A stretch of 64,000 bases of DNA from Octopus sinensis. Lineage: Eukaryota. Every line of letters begins with the position of its first letter. Position 1 is the stretch's first letter. Made by a program: the position numbers and the translations under genes. The stretch covers positions 173,228,001 through 173,292,000 of the forward strand of contig NC_042999.1 of assembly GCF_006345805.1 (NCBI RefSeq). The letters are read 5' to 3'. Shown here in pieces: positions 53,590 through 64,000 of the stretch. Under the pieces are notes generated by a model. That model did not search any database and was not told the DNA's origin. It saw nothing but the letters and a program-made list of their open reading frames with translations.

Positions 53590-55370
53590 GCGCACAATGG
53601 AAGTGGGATGATTCATCTTTGTTCGCTTAGAATTTGGGTTTATGTTTTGATTTGGTTGAATCATGGTTGTTGTGTTTTTGATTGTTGGTGCTACCTTGTT
53701 CATGTGTAGTGTTTCTAGGATCCGTGTGTGGAGAATACTATCAAAAGCCTTTCGGTAATCGATCCAGGCCGTACTTTGACCCTTCGTATTTCTGCGGCTG
53801 TTTTTAGTTATGGCTTTATTGATCAGTAGCCGATCTTTACAGCCGTATGAGCACTTGCAACATCCCTTTTACTCTTCTAAAAAGAGGTTGTTTTCTTCTA
53901 GTTGTTTTCCAATTCTCTGCGATATTATTGCAGCAAAGGTTTTGTAAATTGTAGTGAGACAAGTTAACGGTGTATAATTGTGTTGTTTGTCGTTTCAGTG
54001 AATTTGAGAATTAGGATAGTTTTCCCTTCCGTGAGCCATTCAGGTATTGTCTCTGGCACTGCTAGTATTTCATTAAATTTCTCAGCCAGCTTTTTATGTA
54101 TTCTTGTTACATGTTTTAACCAGAAGTTGGGGATCTTGCTGTACCCGTGTGCCTTCCAGTTGCTTATATTTTGCAATGCTTGTGTGACCACTTCAGTTGT
54201 TATAGGGGTTTTTCTGTTGTTGGTACTGAATTGATCTTTATTGAATTTTTGCCAAGTTCTTGGTAGAATCTTTTGCGGTTGGAGTTGAACTGTTTGTTTT
54301 GTTCAAATAAATGTTAGCGTTTCTCATACCGGCGGGATCCTTTGAGCTTTGTCAAGGATATCTTGCTTAAGTTGTTATTTTACCTCAGGTATACCTTGTT
54401 CTGTAATTTTGTATTTAGTATTTTTTCTTCTCGTTTTGTTGCTTAGTAGTGTTGATTGTCTACTAGTGTCATTAAGGATTGACAGATGTTTTCTCTCATT
54501 TGCTGTTTTTTTCTGGATATCATTTATCCCCAAGGTTTGTTTGGATGGTGATACTACTGTTTGGGTGTGTTTTAAGGGATATCCAACATGTTTTTGCGCC
54601 TACAGAGGCTGTTGCACATATTATATCATTTACCCTGGTCATATTGGCATTTGTTTCTGTGGCTATTAGTTCTGAGACGGCCAGGTTCATGCTATTAATT
54701 ATTGATGTTGTTTTATTATCAATTTTAATTTTCGGGAGCTACATTCCGCGGTCGATCAGTGGATTTCAATTCTTTGATTAAGCTCATTTTTAGAGTATTG
54801 TAATCGTGAGATTCACCTTCCCTGTTTCCATGTTTTAGATTTGTTTCGAATTCCCTTCAGTTCCTATTGTCTGTGGTGTTCTGGTTTGGTGCATTTTGTT
54901 CATCATTATACATTCCTACGATCTGGGTTGTTGTATTTCGTTGATTATTTCGTTTTTGTTGGATATGTTACGTCTGTCTTCGTATTTTACACTCCCATGA
55001 TTATTTGTCTTTGCTGTCTGGTTACTATCTACGTTTTCCTTATGCATTTTCCCTTTTGAGTGTTCTATTTCTATTTCTGATATTTGCTTTTCGTTTTGAG
55101 AATATATCTCTGTATGTTAGTTTATTAGGGTTCATTATGCTATCCAAATCTTTATCTACATTATTTTTCTTCGAGTTTTTATATGTATATGTTGTTGTAT
55201 TTTCGTTCTGTGGATAGACTACAGCTGTAATATATGCGTCAAGGAGTGAAATATATTCCTCACGTGTCCATTTACGCCTCTTAGATTTTATTTGGAAGAA
55301 CATGAGTAATAACGTCCGGCCCTTTATTGTGATGGTAATCATTTTCGTAGGGTACCTGTGCGTGCATTTC
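53590..55370 (-). mobile_element. Decayed 5' half of an R4/Dong-clade LINE
   Basis: Minus-strand peptides KRRKWTREEY (N-terminus), NWKAHGYSKIPNFWLK, PEWLTEGKTILI, CSYGCKDRLLINK and AWIDYRKAFDS; multiple frameshifts. Confidence 0.88.
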
Positions 55371-56290
55371 GGTGTTAAATGGTTTTACATGTATAGTTTT
55401 TCGTACTTTTTGCGTAACAAGTTTAAAAGAGATGATGGATGATATAATTGACTGGATGTCAGTAGTGTTTGTAGTGTAGCCCCGGTGAGACCCTAGAGTC
55501 TGCGGTTGGACGTAGAATTAACATCTCTCATCAAGAAATGTTTATTAAAGTGGTTTGATATTAATCTTAACTGTTTGAGGCTCTTCTATGCTATGTTAGA
55601 TCGACAATTACATCTGAGTACATGTCTTGTACTTTATTTTATTAATATCGAAAAAATTGAAAGTGGGGCTGATCAAAGTGAGAATTGAACTCAGAATGTA
55701 AAGAGTCGGAATAAATTTAGAAAGGCATTATTCTTGATGCTCGAATGATTCTTGGATGGCATATGTAAATGGAGTGAATGCCTTTGTAAAACATCATAAG
55801 AGCTCTAGATGTATAAACTGATATATAAATTGATAAAATATCTTAGTTTATCCAATTTCACCAGACACACGAAAGGGCTTTGTTGAGTTGTAGCTAATGA
55901 AGGGATAGATTCTCAATAATGACAGCTGCACAGATTTGGAGGAAAATATTTCAGAAATCTTTTATTATATTGTCCCTGTATCTCGGGGCATTCATCGAAG
56001 TAAGTTGAAACAGATTTGGGTATTCTCAGATTATTTTCATATCGATCCTTTTTGCTTTTCTTTAGGCTGATATTCTATCTCTTTGGTGTAGATTCAAAGT
56101 GGTTGAAAGATATACGAAATATATTGGCTTCGTTTCTGAATTATATATCTAATCTTTAGAAAACCTTCAATTGTGTGACATCCTCCCCAAGAAACATATA
56201 AGTTAGAAAAGCATTACAGAAACACAAAAATATCAGTGCGCGTGGTAATAATAAAGAGCCTTGTGTAGATGCATTAGGCAAGGTGTTGTT

Positions 56291-56299
<9 letters not shown>

Positions 56300-56366
<67 letters not shown>

Positions 56367-56411
56367 CATACATAGATAGATACATAGATACATAGATACA
56401 TAGATAGATAC

Positions 56412-56499
<88 letters not shown>

Positions 56500-56525
56500 A
56501 GGGAGAGAGAGAGAGAGAGAGAAAG
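56300..56525. repeat. (TA)n/(GATA)n/(GA)n microsatellite
   Basis: Directly visible. Confidence 0.95.
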
Positions 56526-56890
56526 AAGAACCAGAACGTTATCTATCGAGTCTTTCTCTAATATCTTCATATTTATATGTAGTTCTCTCACTTCCATCTC
56601 TCATTCTCACGTGCAAAAGCATTCTCTCTTCAACTCATTAAGTATATGTGTGTATATGTATGTAAGTATGTGCGTATTCACATGGTTGTGTCTGCGTGTA
56701 AGTGCATGTGCGTGCATATATATACCTTGTATTTAGCCGAAAACCTGCGAAGCTGTGTAAGTGAAATAAGGACCAGGAGTTTGGTGTGGAGTACTTGTCT
56801 GAATATTTAACCTCTTCGTCCAATCAACAGATCACGTATGTGTGTATATATGAATGTATGTATGCATGTATGTATGTAGGTATGTTTCTT

Positions 56891-56963
<73 letters not shown>

Positions 56964-57053
56964 ATTCTATATATATATTTATATATATATATATATAAAT
57001 ATATATATATATTATGTATATATATATATTATATGTATGTATATATATATATA

Positions 57054-57112
<59 letters not shown>

Positions 57113-57236
57113 CAAATACGCGTGTGTGTCCATGCGTGTGTATTTCAGCTCCTGTGAATAAGATTCAAGGGTAATATTAGATATGAATAGATGGATATCT
57201 TTGTGTATATATGTGTGTTTGTGTGTGTGTGTGTGT

Positions 57237-57281
<45 letters not shown>

Positions 57282-57560
57282 TGTATCGAAAAATATAGAG
57301 AGGGAGAGCGAGAAGGATAGAGCGGTTGCAATATGAATTATAGATAATCCATTGTGATTAATAAACTTTCTTGACGTGAAGCCATTTCCTTAAAATCTTG
57401 CGTTATTAATACAACCCTCTTTTGAAGACATGAGGGATGTACAGTGATGCAAAGACATATTTATTCGAAAGAAGAACCATTACCTATACAATGTATGATC
57501 TATAAATGGTAATGCTTTCGAGAAAACACACGCACACATATGTATATGTATATATATATA

Positions 57561-57626
<66 letters not shown>

Positions 57627-57718
57627 GTATATGCATGTATGTATGTATATATGAATATATAAATATATGTATGTATATATATGAATATACAAATATATGT
57701 ATGTATATATATGAATAT

Positions 57719-57767
<49 letters not shown>

Positions 57768-58100
57768 TACATATATACATATATACATATATGAATGTAT
57801 GCTTATATATATACAGATATATAGATGAGTATGTGCATATATATATATACATATATATATATATGTGTGTGTTTGTGTTTTATCAGGGTAATAACATTAT
57901 ACCGTGCTTTCCAAAGATGCCCTTTTCGTATCGTCTACTAGATGCTATTATAGAATAGGACAGCTCCGTTTACTAGAAGTGGAAATCGGCGAGTATCCGT
58001 AGAGTATATGCGAAAGAACTTCAGTTGTAGTGATTTGTAATAAGGCCTGTTCATTCGATCTTATCGTATTAAAATTCTTATCAATATGTATATAAATATG

Positions 58101-58194
58101 GGCGCAGGCGCAGTTGTGTGGTAAGAACTTTTCTTTCTCAATCACATGGTTCCGAGTACAGTTCGACATCGTGCCACCTTGAACAAGTGCTTGA
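58101..58194 (+). mobile_element. Truncated SINE head
   Basis: ggcgcaggcgcagttgtgtggtaagaa...catggttccgag...caccttgaacaagtg. Confidence 0.75.
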
Positions 58195-58275
58195 TACCAA
58201 TGATCAACTTATAATTGTTAATTGTTGCTCCATTTATTATTCTAGTCTGTATATATGTGTGTCTATATAATCATA

Positions 58276-58590
58276 AGCGGAAAGTGTAACCTCTCGAAAG
58301 AGCTGTTCTTCACTCCTGCGGCAGAACGTCGGCTGCGGGGTCACTCCGAAAAGCTCTATCTGCGACAATTTCATCTAAATCGAAGGAGAGGGGCTTTCTC
58401 CGTCCGGGTTGCGGATCCGTGGAATAAGCTGCCGGACGAGATAGTGAAGATGCCGACGACCGCTCGGTTCAAAGTTTCCCTTGACCACAAATAGCCTGAA
58501 CTCTTTGCATGAACACCACCCTGTACATAACTCTATGTCCCCCGACATGGCCTTGCTTTTTGCTTTTTGAGCCAAAAAATTAAATTAACT
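58276..58590 (+). mobile_element. CR1/L2-type LINE 3' end (ORF2 C-terminus + 3' UTR)
   Basis: LRGHSEKL...RRGAFSVRVADPWNKLPDEIVKMPTTARFKVSLD matches the CR1-group ORF2 C-terminal pattern RGH..KL...FS.RV...WN.LP..V.....FK..LD. Confidence 0.82.
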
Positions 58591-58623
58591 TATATATATA
58601 TATATATGTATCTGTGTGTGAGC

Positions 58624-58668
<45 letters not shown>

Positions 58669-58851
58669 ATATTATATATATATATATATGTATGTATATA
58701 TATATATATGCGTGTGTGTGTGTATAAATTAGACGTTGATCATTCGTATTAAAATGTCATAGTTTAATTGTAGTTCAAGAACATTTACAGCTGTTTCAAT
58801 TTGTTGTTTCCGAGTAAATTTGCATTTATCTCGTTTCATTTAACAAACATG

Positions 58852-58940
<89 letters not shown>

Positions 58941-58971
58941 CTGTGTGTGTGTGTGTGTGTGTGTGTATGTA

Positions 58972-59270
58972 GACGCAGGCGTAGCTATGTTGTAAGAGGC
59001 TTTCTTCCCAACCACATGGTTCCTTGTTTACTCCCAATGCGTGACACCTTGGGCAAGTGTCTTCCAGTATGCCTCGGGCCGACCAAAGCCTTGTGCGTCT
59101 ATTGGTAGACAGAAACCGAAAGAATCCCGTCATATACATATATATATGTATATGTTTGTGTGTCTGTGTGTTTCCCCCAACCATCGCTTGACAACCGAGA
59201 GTTCTTCAAAAGATACCAATAGAATAAGTACTAGACTTAGAAAGAGTAAGCCCTGTGTCGACTTACTCGA
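58972..59270 (+). mobile_element. tRNA-derived (CORE/OR-like) SINE
   Basis: gcaggcgtagctatgttgtaagaggctttcttcccaaccacatgg...gacaccttgggcaagtgtcttc...gggccgaccaaagccttgtg. Confidence 0.88.
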
Positions 59271-59354
59271 AGTCCTCAGGTTGAACTCGAGATGCTAGAT
59301 AGTAAATAATATAACTTAAAGAAGGAACAAAAATTAGATAATCATCTTTTATTC

Positions 59355-60440
59355 ATGACATACATTAATACAACGAATACATTAAGACATTCAGAACATA
59401 TTAAAAGTATTTAAGAATATAATAGAAATAAGATATATATACGAAATAAGAAGGAAAAACTTGAAAATATAAGCAAGAAAGATTCGATATGTGTAGCGAT
59501 ATAGAGAATATAAGAAAACATTATTAAAAATTAAGAATCAAAAATTAAAATTCAAAAGGTAGAAATTGCATTAACGGCAGCGAGAAACCTTAATGAGGAA
59601 TCTAAATGTCAGAGAAATATATTTGTATTGAGAGTTCTAAAAAAATACATAACGGTTTATAATAACAGGTAAGAGGTGTTTCTACGCCCTTTTCGAGAAT
59701 CAATTTGTCCTGCTAAGGTGTGAATTATATAATTCACGTACAGACGATGTCTCCTTCATCGGGAAAATAGAGAGCAATGTTCGAAAGAAGATATAGAGTA
59801 AGGACATTTCATTTAGGGTTATATTATGCTGGTCACCAGTTAAGGGTTAGAAATGAACTATTTTGATATCGACATGGTTAGGCATGATGGGAGAGCAGAA
59901 ATTTCAAGAAATTATGAATATATCATTATTATATATATTATGAAGTATCCTGGGTAATAATGAATGATAAAAGAGAGATTAGAGTGCAAAGGTCGCTATT
60001 TATCATACCGTGCTTTATGGAGTTTCATGAATGTTGAATGACATTTGTGAGTGCATGAATTAATCGTATCGGAAAATTTATTTAATATACCAGAATAAGA
60101 ATAATGTAAGAGTCCTTAATGCGCAAATTACATTCGTCCATATTCTCGTTATGTGGTGTGGCATGATAAACCACGATATATTGAAATTAATATTACTATC
60201 TCATTAAGGATTCTCACTGCCGTCAATGTTATTTGTAACTTGTAAATTTTAATTTTTAATTCTAAATGTTTAATTTTTAATTTTATGTAAATTTTCTTAC
60301 ATTCTCTATATCACTCTACATCTCGAATTTTTTCTTGCTTATATTTTCATGTATATCCTTATTACATATATTCTTAAATAACCCTTTTAATATGCTCTGA
60401 ATGTCTTAATGTATTTGTTGTATTAATGTATGTCATAAAT
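59355..60440. mobile_element. Old insertion with ~245-bp inverted arms; decayed hammerhead-like motif at 59679-59766 (-)
   Basis: 59355-59600 is a diverged reverse complement of ~60200-60440. Minus strand TTTC-CCGATGA-ag-GAGA...TCTC-GAAA-agggc-GTA|GAAA. Confidence 0.5.
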
Positions 60441-60474
60441 ACAACGTAATTATCAAATATTTGTCCTTTCTTTA

Positions 60475-60517
<43 letters not shown>

Positions 60518-60779
60518 ATATATATACATATTTTCTTTCATTCTTATTTATATATATATATATCAATTGAATATAGTTAAAACCTGGTCTGGTTTTCACG
60601 TTTTTTATTATGGTATTTTAAAAATATGAATTTTTTTACAATTTTGATGTGTGGTAAACATTAAAAAATATTTTGTAACGTATATAAAGTTCAATTGGTT
60701 CTTTCAACTGCCGGTTGAGTTCTTGACAACTGTAGTAAAATGACTAACCTCTTCCTCTTTGTATCTCTTTGTATCTCTC

Positions 60780-61110
60780 ACAAGGCTCCAGCAAGCCGAA
60801 TTATTAAGGATATCAATGAACTGATCTAGATGTGTATTTCATCCTTTTGGCAAGTTAAATTTTGATTTAGTTTTCGTCAAGGATTCATCATTCTCATTAT
60901 TTTCATCGGTAGACAACTCGACATATCATAGGTTCCGCAACAAGTATTGGATATCTTTCTCCAATTCCTGATTGTTGGCTGTAGGTGTAGGTGTGAATTT
61001 TAGTCCTTTCATGAATAACCAAAGTTCGTCTCTGTCTATATTTCTTTTTTGGACAGATTAATAATTTTAGGTTCTATCCTATCAGTTGTTTCACAATGGT
61101 TTCTTCTTGG
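60780..61110 (-). mobile_element. Penelope-like element ORF, N-terminal fragment (pseudogenised)
   Basis: Minus strand KIINLSKKE/IDRDELWLFMKGLKFTPTPTANNQELEKDIQYLLRNL*...SKFNLPKG*NTHLDQFID, resembling the INLS...KGLKF.PTP motif upstream of the RT in GIY-YIG PLEs. Confidence 0.7.
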
Positions 61111-62296
61111 ACATTTTCTTTCTCTGGTGTTTACTACTAAAGATTCCAACATATTGAAATAAAAACGATCGAAACCAACTGCGTTTGCTCAATCATGAAA
61201 CCATCGTGAAACGATCAAGTCGTGAAATAAAAAAAAATTTTAAATCAGAATAAGAACAATAATCTTATAATAAAGTATTTCTTTCAATGTTGCGTCTGAC
61301 CATCCTCGCAGAAACTAAATGAATCATAAAAAATAGAAAAAACCACGAAACGGTAAGTAAATTGTTTAATTAGTGGAATTAAAATTCTAGAGAATATTAA
61401 AATGGATTCAAGATAAGGATATAGAGAGTTGACTTGATTTGTTATGGGCAATAGTATTTTTGTGCAGTACAGATAATTTGGTGCAAAACTGCGGTCTAAA
61501 CTATTACAATTACACACACAGCTCATTTTCCCGGCCAGATATATCATTTTAAGACCAACGTACATACACATATACCTCGTATGAAATTTCATAGGCACAG
61601 TCATGAACATACATTCACACACTGTCTCACACACGCACACACACACGCACACACACACACACACACAGAGAAAATATTTATACTAAACTAGCAATTTTCT
61701 TGAATAGAATTTCATCATTTTCTTTAAGTAACCAGATCCATTTATATAATTATTTGCATATACATACACACAGACATATTCACATACATGCATACATCGA
61801 CTCGTATTCTATCAAGCTAACATTTTAGTGATCCTAAGAACTAAGATATACATTACTATAGTTAAGGTTACATATTATGTCAACAGAGACAAACAAAAAG
61901 TGAGAATTCATCATAGAATCATATAAAGTCGAGTAATGGCAACATAAACCAAGAAAATAAGGTGTCTACAGTTTTAGAACTAACTAGCAGCGTTACATGC
62001 GCACTGAATATCACGCAAATAGTTTATTAGTGTTACATAGGTAGGACTAACGCTAGATTTGTGGACATCGTATGACTAATTAATGAGAAAAGACTTACTG
62101 CTAATTTGTTCATAGATTAAAGATATACACTAATTATAATTGTCATTACTATCTCTATGTACTAATTCCGAACAACCCAAACCCAGTCCATACAGGACCT
62201 ACATGAACTAAGCAAGGTAGAAAGGCAGAAATTTAGAAAATAGTAATTATACTAATTAGACGGAACAAACTTACAGTGACTGACCAGGAATAGCAA

Positions 62297-62395
62297 TACT
62301 GGTTTCAAATTTTGGAAACAGGGGTCGAGTCGATAACTCCGACTCTAATGTTTAATTGGCACTTTTTTTTTATCGACTTCGAAAGGATGAAATAA
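62297..62395. mobile_element. SINE tail fragment
   Basis: ggtttcaaattttgg...ggggtcgagtcgat...tatcgacttcgaaaggatgaaa, similar to the opposite strand of the 62437 family. Confidence 0.6.
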
Positions 62396-62436
62396 CAGTC
62401 GCTTGGTTCAGCAATAGTAACATTGATAGTGTATTT

Positions 62437-62649
62437 AAGGCGTCGAGCTGGCAGAATCGTTAGCATACTGAGCGTGCTAATGATTTAATTTGTCTGTCTT
62501 AACGTTCTGTCTTCAAATTCCACTGGGCTCGACTTATCTTTCATCCTTTTTGGAAAAGAAAAACTAAGTACCACTTAAACACTGGAGTCAATGTAATCAA
62601 GTTACCCGCTCCTCTGAAATTACTGGCCTTGGGTCAGAATTTGAAACCC
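62437..62649 (+). mobile_element. tRNA-derived SINE (same family as 12016-12288)
   Basis: aaggcgtcgagctggcagaatcgttagca...ttcaaattccac...ctttcatcctttt...aatttgaaacc. Confidence 0.82.
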
Positions 62650-63764
62650 ATATTGGTGGTACGTTTAGATTAAAACTAATAAGTTGATTTTTAGTTTTGT
62701 GTAAGAAAGTACAGTACATGCAATGAAATCGTATTATTACAACATTTCTTTCGTTTATGAGATGTGATGTACACCTAATAAATACATAAGTTACAGATAT
62801 ATATTCTCATTAGCTCTATACGGTTATAGTTGGCATATAAAAGAGAACGAAAATTTATACAATGTTTTTATCAGCAAGCATCCACAGAAAGTTGGTTGAA
62901 GAAGTAAAATTAGTTATATTTCTATCCCTAAACTTGTAATTGTGATTGGCGTATATGCATTTAAAATTATTTCAGTTATACCCAGTGTATATATGTACAT
63001 TGCCAAGTGTGAGTACTGTTTATATTTAATATTCTAAGGCAATATTTATGCAGACACAATGATCTATTTCTACAATTGCAGAGTTCATTTACTCCATTGG
63101 ATACGTCAAGGTTGTTGTTTACTGTCGCCTTAAGATATATATTATTGGCATGAATAATAGATCAGTAAATTTATACCTATTTAGATTGTTCTAGTGGGTA
63201 TATAATCAGAGGTTAGAATTCTTGAAATTTTTATTGTTGAATCTGTGTATTATGAATTATTAATTGATATGGATTTGACCAGCTTTACAAAGTATCTCTT
63301 AAATATTTTCGAATACGAGCTGGGTATATGGAAATGCTTGTCAAAATCTTTAAAATGTTTTGCACCTATGCTGGTTGTTAAGTTTAATCCGAATTGAGAA
63401 TCAAACCAGTCCACAATTCACAAACGTAATAGCATGTAATTTTTGTTTTTGCTGGTACTTGTTCGAGTGGGTCTATAGGTAAGATGAGCGTTTAAGTTTA
63501 TCAGTTCGATATTTCACAACAAACGCATTTTTATACCTTGGCCTATAAGATTCTATATTATAACTGTGATCTGGGAGTTTGAACACAAGTAATTGCTTTC
63601 ATATTGTCCTCTGTACTTGAGCTATTATTCCTACATGTAGTTAGGTTATTATTGTTAACAGTTTCTCCATGTAATTTACACAGAATTTTTATCATCAATA
63701 TCACCATTATTATATTTTTATTGTTATAATTGTATAAAAACTCACAGCTTATTTTGCTGGGTAT

Positions 63765-64000
63765 TATGAAACCTTACAGCTGTCCGCAGCCAGCAGACTA
63801 AGGTGACACTTGTTTAGTGGTCATGCTTCAAGAAACCCGCGGAGAATTCTTACAATTCGAAGCAATGCTGATTTTTGTAGGTTCTACATTCACACTTGCA
63901 CCAATGTTCTTCAGCCATGCTGGTATTTGAGTGCTGATACTTCCATGTGCACAAATTACTATTGTTATCACGTCTACTCTCTTCATTGACAACAACCTTC
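63765..64000 (-). mobile_element. R4/Dong-clade LINE 3' end (end of the restriction-like endonuclease region)
   Basis: Minus strand SMKRVDVITIVICAHGSISTQIPAWLKNIG...(frameshift)LQKSALLRIVRILRGFLEA*, stop at 63821-63823. Confidence 0.8.

Overview
AT-rich, microsatellite-dense eukaryotic non-coding DNA. The tRNA-SINE families resemble those I know from Octopus, so an octopod cephalopod is inferred. I can support no host protein-coding gene, rRNA, tRNA gene or CRISPR array; nearly all listed ORFs are translated (TA)n/(TATG)n/(GATA)n repeats. The window holds decayed R4/Dong-clade LINE pieces (1-960, 53.6-55.4 kb, 63.8-64 kb), a CR1/L2-type 3' end, two internally deleted mariner elements, a Penelope-like ORF fragment, many SINEs and several fold-back/MITE-like palindromes. 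The main discovery is a population of type I hammerhead ribozymes (HHRs). Two young tandem arrays (~605-bp units at 3964-6838 and 352-bp units at 48965-50725) carry one hammerhead per unit. Both include an inverted segment and sit inside (TA)n tracts with their ribozyme-sense 3' ends facing outward. Six further solo or decayed HHR motifs lie in short Penelope-LTR-like pieces. This fits non-LTR retrozymes or Penelope-derived elements that could produce self-cleaved, possibly circular, RNA monomers. Ribozyme activity and expression are inferred, not shown.
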